IMG/VR virus record: IMGVR_UViG_2795385694_000001
Strand: one strand, 5' to 3'
Source of the DNA: a virus
Taxonomy: Duplodnaviria; Heunggongvirae; Uroviricota; Caudoviricetes
DNA length: 64,000 nucleotides
Part shown: positions 52,210 through 62,674 of the stretch, piece after piece
Layout of the letters: each line of letters opens with the position of its first letter
How positions within the stretch are numbered: the stretch's first letter is position 1
The notes under the pieces: generated by a model
What the model saw: the letters and a program-made list of their open reading frames with translations, nothing else
Databases searched by the model: none
Told to the model about the DNA's origin: nothing
Translations under genes and position numbers: made by a program

Positions 52210-55200
52210 TTAGCCGTACTTGGAGATGTAAGGCATTGCTGCCTGCGCATCCGATGTCGCCTGAACCCTCTTGAATTCATCAAGGTTCGTGACGTGGTAC
52301 TGACGGTTGTCGTTGACCAACTTCGGTACGCCGGTCTGCTGCGGCTGACGAGAAGGCAGCATTGGGATACCCGAGGCAGACTGGGTGGATCCACCAGTGG
52401 CGGTACCAACCAGTAGCGACGACAGGATGTTCACGGCACCAGAGATGGCCTGGCCACCCATCTGGAAACCGGCCTGAATCCCCTGCCCTGCAGCTCCACC
52501 AGCGCCAGGCGCGGCGGTGTTGATACCCATAGAGGCAGCCATCGCGGCTAGGCCACCAATGGCTCCTGCAGCGCCCTTGATCGCACCCGAGACACTGGGG
52601 TTGTTGTGCTCCTGCGAGGTAGGTGCAGCACCCAGGGTCGCGCGCATGTCTGGCTGATCGGTAGGAGATGCGCCAGGCTGTGCACCTGGATCACCCGCCT
52701 GTGGCCCGGCACCCATAGCGGCACCAGCTCCACCAACCTCAGTCAAAGCGTCATTGACCTGAGGAAGAGCGCCAGGGTCAGGAGCGGGAGCAGTCGCCCC
52801 GGGCCCTGGCGCACCTCCGGTCGAAGGGACCGCACCAGCTGCGCCAATAGATGGCACCTGAACAGCGGGAGCAGGCTGCTGCTCGGGCTGATCTAGGTCT
52901 AGCGGTCCAGGGGTCTGGCCACCAGCTCCAGGAGCAGGAGGAGGCGGAATGAAGAGCGGGAATCCACCGTCAGCGAATCCCTTGGCGACGTTGCGTGGAA
53001 CCTTCTTGCTGTTGAGCGCATCGAACAGCGCGGGCCCATAGAACTGGGTCGCGTCTCCGCTGGTGCGATACTCACCAGTCGACAGCCATGCCAAGTCGTT
53101 GGCCCAGCCACCATCGGCAAAACCGACACCGCGCCCGATCTGGTTTGGCGATCCGTCCTTGTTAACGCCCCATCGCTTGATGGTGTAGTTGATGGCAGCG
53201 GCGATCTGGGATACCGGGTCGTTGATACTTCCCGAGCCGATGTTTTCGACCTTGTAGGAGTCGAAAGTGGTTGGTAGGAAGTTAAATAGACCCTGGACGG
53301 TTTGCCTTCCGCCCTTGCCATCCGTGTCATTGGGATTGATCGAGAACGGATCACCCTTCGACTCGGTCCAGATCTGCTCCTCAAGGGGCTTCTGCCACAA
53401 GGAGGGATCCACGCCCATTGCCGCACAGATCTGTGCGATGAGCGCTCCATAGCGCGCGTGGATCTGCTCCTTCGTGGTCGACTGTCCGAGACCGCTCGTA
53501 GGAGCCCCACCCTTGCCCGAGCTGTATGCACTCGGATCGAATGACATCCCGTTGGCCGCTAGCTTCTGCTGCAGCTGAGGGCTCAAGCCTGCGACACCGC
53601 TTGAGTAGTCAGACATCGCCTGGTCGGCCACATCAGCGCCCGCGTTGGATCCGTTGGATCCATTGAGTGCGCTCATGAATTTGTCGAGCGGGTTGGAATT
53701 CTTCTTAGGCTCGTCGCTCAGGTAGTAGTTGCCGATCTGCTGGGCCGCCTGGACATACGACAAGTCAAGGCCGAAGATTCCAGCCAGCGCCTGCAGACCG
53801 ACCTGGCCGACCTGCTTCGCGATCGATACCGGCTGAATGTTGTCAGGCAGAGTCTTCAATGCTGCCAATAGGTTTGGTGTACCCGATCCACCGCCGTGCT
53901 GGTAGATGTTAGGCAGCATCGCCCGGCCACCAGGCAATGGGATAGACCAGCTCTGACGGGTGTGGACGTGGTCGGTGTGTCCACCCCAGTCGTCGCGGTA
54001 GTAGTCCTCAATCGACTGGTTAGCGCCACGATCACCTGGATCAACGCCGATCTTGGTTCCGTCACGCGGATCCATGAAGATGACCTGCTCCATGCCGGGA
54101 ACAGACTTCACGTACTCCGCGAAAGCACGAAGGTTCTCGGGAGGACCAGTCCAGTCGATGCCCTTGTTCAGGCCACTCTTTTCCTGGTGCCCCGGATAAG
54201 TGGATGCCTTCAGTCCGAAGGCCGAACCGAGCTGGTTGACCCAGTCAGGGAACTTAACTCCCTGGCCGCCGAAGCCTTCGCTATTGGATCCGACCGCAAT
54301 GCCGTATGGCTCGCGGATATCAGGCACCCCGCCACCCAGTGCAATGTCCGCACCCGGGATACTGAAATCAGTTCCAGGGCCCGGTGTTACGGGCGTATCG
54401 CCAAGATGAGGGGCTGGCTTACCGATCGAAGGTGCTGCACCACCAGGGTTTAGCGTCTGCTTCGGGCCAATCGGAGGAAGATCGGGCGCAGGAGCAGGAC
54501 GTGGTGGAGGTGCAGGAAGAGGCGCAGGTGCTGGAGCGGGCGCTGGAGCGGGTGCTGCTGGCTCGGGCATGAAACCAGGCGCGACAGCGGGCATTGGCGC
54601 GATACCCCCACCACCGCCAATGGGGCCGATAGGGCTCGGCACCGGCATAGGAGGCTGCTGTGGGATATCGAACGGGAATCCGCCGCCGAAGTGGCGAGGA
54701 ATCCTCTTGTTGTTCAGGTCGTCAAATAGCTTGACACCGTAGTAACTAACGGCATCTGCATTGGTAATGTGCTCGTATGGCGAGACGCGAACCAGGTTCA
54801 TGTCGTCGCGCGGACCACCGATACCCCGAACGAGACCGCCGTCCTTGAACTTCTGGACATCTAGAAGCTGAGCAGTGGCATCAGCAGTCAGGTGAGTCTC
54901 GTACTGGCCGTCGCGAACCTTTGTGGTCGAACCGATCGTCTCATCAACGTTCGGATCACGGTCGGTAGTGATTACACCGTTACCGTCCTGACCGATCGCA
55001 ATGTGCGAGGAGTCATTCAGCCCACCGAAGGGCCCGAAGATCGCAGCGCCACGGCCACCAGGCTTGAAGCGCCCCTGTCCGTTAGATGCCTCGTTGACCT
55101 GTCGCTTGTCCGCACCATGCTGGCCCAGCGAGCTCGGGATGTCGCTAAGACCGATCAGCGGGGCCGCGAGATCGATGGTCCCAGTAGACTTCAGTACCGA

Positions 55201-57960
55201 GGTGAAATCGTGCGGGATAGCTCCAGTGGCCTGTCCAGCAGAAATGCGAGGCGTGTTAACGGCAGCAGGCATCCATGGAAAGATGTTGTGGCTCTGGAGA
55301 ATATCGTTGTATGCCTTGTCGACCTTCTCCTTAGCCTTCTGGTCACCACGCAGACCGGCCACGAAAGTGTCAAGGTCAATGCCACGCTCGCTCCATAGGT
55401 CAGCGTCACCACGCCAGACCTCGCTCGAACCGATGATCGACTTCAGCTGCTCCTGGCCCGCGCCAAGGAGCTGATTGCGCTGTGCGTCGTTACCAGGGAG
55501 CATCGCAGCGAGAAGCTGGGCATCGCTCTGAACCAGGTTGGAGCGACGAGCATCCTCAAAGAGGTTCCTATCCCCCAGGCCAGGGATGGCGTACTTCTGG
55601 GCGCTCTTAGCAGTCTCGGTTACACCCTGCGCGTTGAGATTGCCAGTGACGTCGTCAATAGCACCCTTCAGGCCATCGAGCGCAACCCTCTGCCTATCGG
55701 CGTCCTCGGCAGCCTTGCGGTGAGACTCTCCGAGCTTGTCAATGGCGATGATCGCACCACCCACGGCAGCAGTGAGCGCCAGCGGTCCGAACAGGGCCCC
55801 GGCGAGCGCACCAACACGGGTGAGCATCGAAGCCCTACCGGCCCCGCCGATCTTCTCCCCCGCACGCGTGGCCGCGTCACCAACATCGTTGATGCCCTTG
55901 CGAGCATTGCCTGCCGCAGTAGTAGTCGCGGTGAGCTTGGGCTCAACCTCTTTGACCTTGCGACCGAATGCGTCATACCGGTTACCTGCGCGGTCTACAG
56001 CCTCACCAAAGCGCAGGGCCTCCTCACGCGCCTGACGGCTCGAGAGACCAGGAAGCTCCTCGCCCTTGGCGACACGGAGGTTGCGCGCGGTCGCCTGAAC
56101 GCCAGGGATGTTGCGAGTTCCCTCGAAACGTGCAGCGGCCTCAACAACCTTGTTGTAGTTCTTCCAGGCCCCAGTGAGCCCCTCAAGAATGGGCTTGACC
56201 GTGCGGTAGGTCAGATAGACCTTCAGCAGCGTGGAGAGCGCATGAGTGTGCTGCTCAATCCACCTCGCGGAGCTGATGAATACGCCGAGGGCTCCAAGCA
56301 TCGCTGCCGACCACTCGCGCGCAGCCTCTACCGCATCTCCGATTCCCCCCTTGACACGCTTCAACGCATCCCAGAGGCGATCAATGAAGTCGCGAGCCTC
56401 ACCGAAGTACTTCGCCAACATGTTCTGGCCACGTGTGGACTTCAGGAAGTCGTCAAGCTTCTTCGTTCCATCGGCCAACGAGGAGATGAATCCGCCCTTA
56501 TGACCGGAAGCCTTGTCGAAGGCAGCGGCCACCGACGAGACGATCCCGCCGATGTTCAACAGCGAGTTGCCAAGATCACCGATGGCCTTCAGGCCTGAGT
56601 CAATCCAGCGGTCGAGCGAACCGTCAGTGGAAACTCGCTTGGTGAACCGATCGAAGCGGTCGAAGACCGAAGAGAACGCATTACCAATGCGTGGCAGGAA
56701 GTCCGAGGACTCCTTGGTCAACCGGGTGAAGCCACTGATCAGTGGGTCCATTCCCCGGGCCATGTTGCGCCAGAAGATGTCAGTGTTGCCGAAGATCGCG
56801 GACATCAATCCCTGGTTGGCATTGCCGCCAACAGAGGACAGCGCGCTCCTCAGGGCAGCGTTGATTCCGCTTGCGGTGCGACGGATTCCGATGGACAGTC
56901 CCGGCAAGGCCTTCTGGCCTAGCTCCGTAATCGCTACGTCGAGGCCCTCGCTAAGCGCGTCCTGAGAGCTCTGCTGAAGTTCATGCCATGCACCCGATAG
57001 CCCATGGACCGCCTCAACGGTCTTGCGCATATTCGGCGACAGCTGGCCGAGCGCCTTATCTACCTCTGAGATCTTCGAGGCGCTGAGAGCCTCTGTGTTC
57101 TTCGCAATCTGGTCGAGGGCATCAAGTACCCGATCCGCGCCTTCTACGCCCTGAGCGTTCGCGTCAGCGGCATCCTGCGCAGTCCTCTGCGCCCTGGTCT
57201 GGACCTCCTGTAGGTGATCCAGTGCCTGAAGGTACGAAAGCTGGTCACGCTTCAACTCAGTGAGCGAACGCTGACCACCCTCACGAATACGGTCAGCAGC
57301 CTCCTGCACGGACAGAACGGCATCCGCCACATTCAAGGACGAACGACGGTTCTCCGCATTCAGGTCCTGAATCTCGCGGATAGTGTCGCGAACAGCCATG
57401 CGATACGAGCGATACGAGCTCTCCACATTGCGGTTCGCAGTGGCGATCTCACGCGCGCGAGTCGTTGCGTCCTTGGAGTCTGCCGAGTAGGCCTTGAAAG
57501 CAGCGCCAACACCATTGAGTCCAACGGCAAGTGCGCCAACCGATGCCAGTGCACCGCCAAGTAGGCCAGGAAGAGCAAAGGCGCTCTTAGCCAACGCGTC
57601 TAGGCCCGACGTGGCGCTACCAGCCGCATACGCAAGAGCCGGTAGGGCGTCGAGCCCAATTACCTTGATGTTTAGGCGAAGTGCCTTAGAAAGAGAGTTC
57701 CGCTTGAAGATGTGCTCAACCTGCGAAAGGTCGCGACGGAACGTCTGGAGATCTGCCCGGACGGGGATCGAAACCGCATTCAGTTCCTGGCGCTGACGCC
57801 AAGCCTGTACTTCTGCTTCGGCCTTGCCGAGCTGCGGGTCAAATTCGATCTTGATGTGATCGAACTTCATCGCATTGAGGCGGCGATCCGCCTCAGTCTT
57901 GAACCCACGCAGAGTAGGGACAATGCGGATTGCGGCCTCACCCACTAGGGTGGCAGCCAT
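52210..57960 (-). CDS. tape measure protein
   Basis: 1916 aa; long helical N-terminal region with hydrophobic segments; internal motifs commonly embedded in tape measure proteins. Confidence 0.9.
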   Translation of the reverse strand: MAATLVGEAAIRIVPTLRGFKTEADRRLNAMKFDHIKIEFDPQLGKAEAEVQAWRQRQELNAVSIPVRADLQTFRRDLSQVEHIFKRNSLSKALRLNIKVIGLDALPALAYAAGSATSGLDALAKSAFALPGLLGGALASVGALAVGLNGVGAAFKAYSADSKDATTRAREIATANRNVESSYRSYRMAVRDTIREIQDLNAENRRSSLNVADAVLSVQEAADRIREGGQRSLTELKRDQLSYLQALDHLQEVQTRAQRTAQDAADANAQGVEGADRVLDALDQIAKNTEALSASKISEVDKALGQLSPNMRKTVEAVHGLSGAWHELQQSSQDALSEGLDVAITELGQKALPGLSIGIRRTASGINAALRSALSSVGGNANQGLMSAIFGNTDIFWRNMARGMDPLISGFTRLTKESSDFLPRIGNAFSSVFDRFDRFTKRVSTDGSLDRWIDSGLKAIGDLGNSLLNIGGIVSSVAAAFDKASGHKGGFISSLADGTKKLDDFLKSTRGQNMLAKYFGEARDFIDRLWDALKRVKGGIGDAVEAAREWSAAMLGALGVFISSARWIEQHTHALSTLLKVYLTYRTVKPILEGLTGAWKNYNKVVEAAARFEGTRNIPGVQATARNLRVAKGEELPGLSSRQAREEALRFGEAVDRAGNRYDAFGRKVKEVEPKLTATTTAAGNARKGINDVGDAATRAGEKIGGAGRASMLTRVGALAGALFGPLALTAAVGGAIIAIDKLGESHRKAAEDADRQRVALDGLKGAIDDVTGNLNAQGVTETAKSAQKYAIPGLGDRNLFEDARRSNLVQSDAQLLAAMLPGNDAQRNQLLGAGQEQLKSIIGSSEVWRGDADLWSERGIDLDTFVAGLRGDQKAKEKVDKAYNDILQSHNIFPWMPAAVNTPRISAGQATGAIPHDFTSVLKSTGTIDLAAPLIGLSDIPSSLGQHGADKRQVNEASNGQGRFKPGGRGAAIFGPFGGLNDSSHIAIGQDGNGVITTDRDPNVDETIGSTTKVRDGQYETHLTADATAQLLDVQKFKDGGLVRGIGGPRDDMNLVRVSPYEHITNADAVSYYGVKLFDDLNNKRIPRHFGGGFPFDIPQQPPMPVPSPIGPIGGGGGIAPMPAVAPGFMPEPAAPAPAPAPAPAPLPAPPPRPAPAPDLPPIGPKQTLNPGGAAPSIGKPAPHLGDTPVTPGPGTDFSIPGADIALGGGVPDIREPYGIAVGSNSEGFGGQGVKFPDWVNQLGSAFGLKASTYPGHQEKSGLNKGIDWTGPPENLRAFAEYVKSVPGMEQVIFMDPRDGTKIGVDPGDRGANQSIEDYYRDDWGGHTDHVHTRQSWSIPLPGGRAMLPNIYQHGGGSGTPNLLAALKTLPDNIQPVSIAKQVGQVGLQALAGIFGLDLSYVQAAQQIGNYYLSDEPKKNSNPLDKFMSALNGSNGSNAGADVADQAMSDYSSGVAGLSPQLQQKLAANGMSFDPSAYSSGKGGAPTSGLGQSTTKEQIHARYGALIAQICAAMGVDPSLWQKPLEEQIWTESKGDPFSINPNDTDGKGGRQTVQGLFNFLPTTFDSYKVENIGSGSINDPVSQIAAAINYTIKRWGVNKDGSPNQIGRGVGFADGGWANDLAWLSTGEYRTSGDATQFYGPALFDALNSKKVPRNVAKGFADGGFPLFIPPPPAPGAGGQTPGPLDLDQPEQQPAPAVQVPSIGAAGAVPSTGGAPGPGATAPAPDPGALPQVNDALTEVGGAGAAMGAGPQAGDPGAQPGASPTDQPDMRATLGAAPTSQEHNNPSVSGAIKGAAGAIGGLAAMAASMGINTAAPGAGGAAGQGIQAGFQMGGQAISGAVNILSSLLVGTATGGSTQSASGIPMLPSRQPQQTGVPKLVNDNRQYHVTNLDEFKRVQATSDAQAAMPYISKYG

Positions 57961-57973
57961 TTAGTCTCCTGGA

Positions 57974-58264
57974 CTATTGACGCTGTGTCCGTTCGCGATT
58001 GCGCTGCTGCGCGCGCTCGACAGCGTTCTTGGTTTTGATCAACTTCCGCTGGAGACGCAATTCGAGGCCCTGAATGACAGGACCCGGCAAGGACTTACCG
58101 ATCTGCACCTCGACGAGGCGCTTCAGCCACGCGATATCTTCGGTGTGCCCGAAGATGCGTACCTTGTTGGGACCGTCATCGCTGTCCTTACGAGACCCCA
58201 TCCATTCGATAGTTTCCGGGTCGTTGAGAACAGCCTCATTGGTCAGAGTGCCCTGGATATTCAT
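57974..58264 (-). CDS. tail assembly chaperone, frameshift (T) part
   Basis: The -1 frame is open from within the end of the upstream G gene (58426) through this ORF without a start codon. Confidence 0.5.
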   Translation of the reverse strand: MNIQGTLTNEAVLNDPETIEWMGSRKDSDDGPNKVRIFGHTEDIAWLKRLVEVQIGKSLPGPVIQGLELRLQRKLIKTKNAVERAQQRNRERTQRQ

Positions 58265-58422
58265 CAGGGTGTCAAAGAATCCGAGTAGCTCATCAATGGG
58301 CCGCTTGCGTCGCCATCGGCCATCGCCAACCGGCTCCCACTGGAAGTACTCGTATGCAGAAAAATGAAGAAGGTGCTGGCAATCCCAGCAGATCGCTGAC
58401 CAGTAACGGTCAACGATCGTGA

Positions 58423-58713
58423 TTAGTCTTTTAGGCCCTCATCACCCGGCGCTCCGAAGAAGTGGCGCAGGTAGAGGGTGTTGAAGTTCTCCCACACGTG
58501 CTTTGGCAGCGGGTCGAACAGCTCGTGGACGGCGTCGTACAGATCACCGAACAAGGCGCGCTCACCGGCCTCAATCGTTGGGGCGGAACGCCACGCGTTC
58601 ACCTGCGCCTGAGTTGGCTCAAGGAACTTTAGTCCCTGGAACTCCAGCGGAGGGATAGCATTTTCAGTCTGGAGCTTCTCCCAGACTGAATCGGTGTTCT
58701 TTGCAGTAGCCAC
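58423..58713 (-). CDS. tail assembly chaperone (G)
   Basis: Position between the major tail and tape measure genes; ~96 aa. Confidence 0.55.
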   Translation of the reverse strand: MATAKNTDSVWEKLQTENAIPPLEFQGLKFLEPTQAQVNAWRSAPTIEAGERALFGDLYDAVHELFDPLPKHVWENFNTLYLRHFFGAPGDEGLKD

Positions 58714-58807
58714 TTGATCTGCTCCTATCGAAAGTGGTTGTTACAGAGGTAATCCCCAGCCCCGCAGCGCTGCCGCAGGGCCGGGGAAAGTCATTGAATT
58801 GCCAGGA

Positions 58808-59701
58808 TTAGCTGACGGTGATACTCACCGTCGAGGTCTTGCCCTGGTAGGTCGCGGTAATAGTTGCGCTACCGGTTGCGACACCAGTGACCTTGCCGTG
58901 CTTATCAACCGACGCCTTGGTAGGTGCCGAGCTGGTGTACTTGGCGATCGGGGTGTAGTTGATCCCGTTATCACCGGTCACGGTGATCTGCGAGTTGGCA
59001 GCCACGGCCACAGTCGCAGTCGAAGGAGTCGCAGTGATCGAAGCGATCGGAGCCACGAAGCCGGTCTTATCAACCAGGCGTAGCCAGCCAGGTCCGCACC
59101 AACCCTGAAGGACCGAGAAGCCCATTTCCTTGTCGCGGAAGGCCTGGAACGTCATCTTGTAGGTGACTGCTCCATCGTCCTTGCTGTCCTGGTTGTCGAC
59201 CTTCACCAGCTTGGTACGCGGCATGATGTAGTAGGCGAAGAGGTCCTCACCGTTCACGTCATCGCTGGCCACCAGGTAGGCGCGGTAGAAGATATTGCGC
59301 GGCAGCGTGGGAGCCTTCAGGGTCACACCACCACCGGGCGAAACCTCGAGGTTAGTGCTGTCGAAGACAGTTCCCCAGAACTTCTCCAGCACAACCTTCT
59401 TGGTCTCAAGGAACTCGGCCTCGAACTGAACGGTGCGCTTGGAGATGATGGTGCGCGCAGGCTCCGCGTCACCGTAGGACTCGATGTCAGTCGAATCGAT
59501 GTTGTGGGTGATCGAGACACCGGCCTTCTTCTCGATCATGCCTGCAGACTCGGCGGTCGCGGGCACGTCAAGGTCGCCGGTAACTAGATCCTCGAGAGTC
59601 GCGACAGCGGGGTTATCCATGTCATCGAACAGGATCGCGAAGTGCATGTTCGCACGGATGAGATCGTTGTTCGCGTCGCGAATGGTCTCAAAATCAGCCA
59701 T
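58808..59701 (-). CDS. major tail protein with C-terminal Ig-like (Big_2) domain
   Basis: C-terminal TATPSTATVAVAANSQITVTG...KVTGVATGSATITATYQGKTSTVSITVS. Confidence 0.7.
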   Translation of the reverse strand: MADFETIRDANNDLIRANMHFAILFDDMDNPAVATLEDLVTGDLDVPATAESAGMIEKKAGVSITHNIDSTDIESYGDAEPARTIISKRTVQFEAEFLETKKVVLEKFWGTVFDSTNLEVSPGGGVTLKAPTLPRNIFYRAYLVASDDVNGEDLFAYYIMPRTKLVKVDNQDSKDDGAVTYKMTFQAFRDKEMGFSVLQGWCGPGWLRLVDKTGFVAPIASITATPSTATVAVAANSQITVTGDNGINYTPIAKYTSSAPTKASVDKHGKVTGVATGSATITATYQGKTSTVSITVS

Positions 59702-59719
59702 GAGCTAGAGATGTCCTTG

Positions 59720-60229
59720 TTAGGGAAGCGATTTGATGATCTGCCGGTACTTCGGCAGCCCTTCGGGCTCGCGGAGCGAGATCTTGAAGGAGATGGGGAT
59801 GAACTTCTCGTCCACGTACTCCTCAGGTACGAGCTGTGGACCGAGCCACTCCTCCGACTTGCGGATCGTGGTTGTATCGCCATCTGGCAGGGTGATCGGA
59901 AGTCCCGTCACCACTTCGTCATCCATCATTCGACGGACGAAACGGATTAGTTTCCAAGACTCTTTGCGAGTCGGCGTAATAGCGGCGATCTGGATCACTG
60001 CCTGATCCATGCGAAGTGAGGGATCAAACCGTCCAGGCTGTCGCCATACCCGCAGAGTGGGCTGCGTACCACCAACTTCCTCACCTGGAGAAAGGCTGTA
60101 CCAACCTGGCGGAAGCCAAGTGCATACTTTGACCTTGTCTCCAAGGAGCCGCGAAAGATAGCTCATAACAAGCACTTCCGCGTCGGTATCATCGTCCTCG
60201 TACCAGTCGGGAAGTTCCAACATGGTCAT
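59720..60229 (-). CDS. head-tail joining or tail terminator protein (putative)
   Basis: Synteny. Confidence 0.4.
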   Translation of the reverse strand: MTMLELPDWYEDDDTDAEVLVMSYLSRLLGDKVKVCTWLPPGWYSLSPGEEVGGTQPTLRVWRQPGRFDPSLRMDQAVIQIAAITPTRKESWKLIRFVRRMMDDEVVTGLPITLPDGDTTTIRKSEEWLGPQLVPEEYVDEKFIPISFKISLREPEGLPKYRQIIKSLP

Positions 60230-60648
60230 AGAGGCGGCAATTCTGCGTAGAGGGCTGAGCGAAGCGCTCCCGAACCCTGATAGATGGATCCGTGCTGGCC
60301 CTCAGATGGGTTCTTACGACCCATCTCATCTGCGAGCGCGTAACGCACTCCAACAGTGATTTGGCCAATCCAGCGGTCAGTCTTGTATCCACCAATGAAC
60401 ACTTCGGCAGAAACAGCACCAGCCATCGCGCCCGGGTGACGGTCGCTCTGCTGCTTGGGTCGGGCCTCGAGACTGGTCACGTAGTTGACGGCGACCTTGG
60501 CGGTGTACTCGCCGGTTAGCGCGTGAAGTCGCGTCCCTACAAGGATTTGCGCGAGAGCCGGGTTCGGATCCTTGTAAAAGTAGGCAAGCCCACCCTCTGC
60601 GTGACGTTCGAGCGGGTAGCCCTTGTCAGCGTCAGTTGATGGTGGCAT
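60226..60648 (-). CDS. head-tail connector protein (putative)
   Basis: Synteny. Confidence 0.4.
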   Translation of the reverse strand: MPPSTDADKGYPLERHAEGGLAYFYKDPNPALAQILVGTRLHALTGEYTAKVAVNYVTSLEARPKQQSDRHPGAMAGAVSAEVFIGGYKTDRWIGQITVGVRYALADEMGRKNPSEGQHGSIYQGSGALRSALYAELPPL

Positions 60649-61039
60649 CTACAGTTACCCAGTGGTATTCAGGTGGGGTACCGGTCATCAGCTGGGGGTA
60701 GTCCCACATGCCAGTCGAAGTGACCTTGTACTTCATTTCATTGATCACTAGACGGTCACCGAACTTGACCTTGATGGCGTTCTTGTTCGGGATCCCAATC
60801 TGGCCAGTGGTATTCGAAGACTCTTGGCGATCCAGGGAGGAGAATGGAGCCTGTCCACCCATGATCAATCCATAGACGGTTCCGATACACCCATCGTCGC
60901 CTTCAAGGCGAATAACGTTGCCGTGCTCGTCAATCGGGTCTCCGTGCTCATCACGGCTATGTACTGCCCGGTAGACCTTCGCTGACAGCGAGCCGCGCCG
61001 AATCACAGATGCTCGCTCTCCATCCACCCCGGATCCCAA
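60632..61039 (-). CDS. head-tail connector protein (putative)
   Basis: Synteny. Confidence 0.4.
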   Translation of the reverse strand: MGSGVDGERASVIRRGSLSAKVYRAVHSRDEHGDPIDEHGNVIRLEGDDGCIGTVYGLIMGGQAPFSSLDRQESSNTTGQIGIPNKNAIKVKFGDRLVINEMKYKVTSTGMWDYPQLMTGTPPEYHWVTVDATIN

Positions 61040-61482
61040 GGGTTGAAATAAGGAAGTGGCTTGTCGAAACCGAGGATTCGCACGTAGCCGAGAACCATGT
61101 CCATGTCATCTCGACAAGTCCCCTGCACCCAGAGCTGTCCGCTAGGGCGGTACTTCTGGAGAAAGGCCTTCTCAGCGTCTGTAAAGAACCCGTTCGGGTA
61201 TGCAAGACGGTCGTACGAAGCGGACTCGGGGCCCTTGACCTCGTAGGTGACGTGGCGGGGGTTTTCGAACTCCCTGCGCGCAGCAGCGGCGACAATGCCG
61301 CGAACTGTGACGGAAACCGTGTCACGATCCGGCCAGAGCTTGCCCGAGATCATTCGAGCCCACCCGGAGGCCACACGGAGGATGAACCTCGCGCGGGCCT
61401 TGTCGTCGTCATCGAAGACGACGCCCATCCAGGTGGCTAGCTCATCTGCGGTGGCAAGCTGGTCGGGAAAATCGTCGGCCAT
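61003..61482 (-). CDS. head-tail adaptor (putative)
   Basis: Synteny, directly downstream of the capsid gene. Confidence 0.45.
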   Translation of the reverse strand: MADDFPDQLATADELATWMGVVFDDDDKARARFILRVASGWARMISGKLWPDRDTVSVTVRGIVAAAARREFENPRHVTYEVKGPESASYDRLAYPNGFFTDAEKAFLQKYRPSGQLWVQGTCRDDMDMVLGYVRILGFDKPLPYFNPWDPGWMESEHL

Positions 61483-61494
61483 CTTGCCTCCCGA

Positions 61495-62637
61495 TCAGGC
61501 GACAGTGATGGTGTAGTTGTCCGTAACCGAACCGATAGTCGCGGTGATCTTGGCGGTACCTGCTGCCACACCAGTCACGACGCCGTTCGCGTCAACGGTC
61601 GCCTTGGCGGGGGTGTCCGAGACCCAAGTGACCATCGAGTCACCGGCACGGTTGTCCAGGTTGGAATCAACCAACGAGAGCGCGCGAGTCGCACCTACAG
61701 CCACGTCGCCCTTGTTGCCGATGGCAACCGACGTTGCGGCTAGCTGGATACGAGCTGCGCGGACAAACCCGGGATCGGGATCAACCACGGCCTTGTATCC
61801 GGCCCAGGTGTCGACCAACGAACGGTCAGTAGTGATCTGCGAGTCGTAGTCACCCAGCCAACGCAGGCCAATTCCATTCTCGGAACCAACAGTCGACACA
61901 GCGACGTTGTTGGAGAACGGCTTACCAGGTGCGCGGGTAACCAGCACGAAGGCAGTTGGGTGGAACAGGAACGCCGCACCGTGAGGGATGGTGTCCACCA
62001 CAACCACGTCATATCCGGCCAGACGACCGATACGGGCGTTGGTCAGGCGGTCAGCACCAGCCTGTCCCGCCGAGTCGTAGCGCACGAAACGGTCGTCAAG
62101 AAGCAGGGCCTCTTCGACAGCCGATCCGACAAGAAGGACGCGTCCCTCACGGGGAACGAAAGCGTCATTAAGCTGACGACGGGCGTGGATCACCGCGTTG
62201 TAGATCGCATCCACGGCAGCGGTGTGCACCTGCTGGTATGGGGCGTCAACGATGGTGGCCGCGACACCGGCCTCGAGCTTCTCGCTGACAGAGCGGACCT
62301 GACGTGGCAGGACGTCGACGCCAAAACTGTGGACGTCGAGCTCGCGCTCCTCGTCAGTCAGAGCGATCAGGTTGTACACCACATCGGTCAGACGGACATC
62401 GACCGAAGTCTCAGTCAGGTCGCTGACCTGCATAAGACGGTCCTGCCCAGTCGCGCGAAGCTTGCGCGTGTGAGCGATAGTTGGCTGCGGGATACGGATG
62501 GTGATCGTGTCGTTGTACTTGCCACCGAAGTCACCCAAACCGTCCTTCCACACGAAGTGTGGGAGAACAAGTTCCGACTGCAGCATGCCGAGGATCGTGT
62601 TAATGATCACGGTCGGCTTCAGGAATGCGTTAGCCAT
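61495..62637 (-). CDS. major capsid protein (HK97-like) with C-terminal Ig-like domain
   Basis: 380 aa downstream of the scaffold gene; C-terminal DSMVTWVSDTPAKATVDANGVVTGVAAGTAKITATIG is a Big_2-like decoration. Confidence 0.8.
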   Translation of the reverse strand: MANAFLKPTVIINTILGMLQSELVLPHFVWKDGLGDFGGKYNDTITIRIPQPTIAHTRKLRATGQDRLMQVSDLTETSVDVRLTDVVYNLIALTDEERELDVHSFGVDVLPRQVRSVSEKLEAGVAATIVDAPYQQVHTAAVDAIYNAVIHARRQLNDAFVPREGRVLLVGSAVEEALLLDDRFVRYDSAGQAGADRLTNARIGRLAGYDVVVVDTIPHGAAFLFHPTAFVLVTRAPGKPFSNNVAVSTVGSENGIGLRWLGDYDSQITTDRSLVDTWAGYKAVVDPDPGFVRAARIQLAATSVAIGNKGDVAVGATRALSLVDSNLDNRAGDSMVTWVSDTPAKATVDANGVVTGVAAGTAKITATIGSVTDNYTITVA

Positions 62638-62674
62638 AAGCTACGAAATGTCCTTGGATTAAAGGGAAACCGGG

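Noticed and set aside
52210-57960. Numerous + strand ORFs antisense to the tape measure gene (for example 55720..56598, 53896..54453)
   Set aside because: They are typical antisense open frames in a long high-GC gene. No RBS, start context or independent support.
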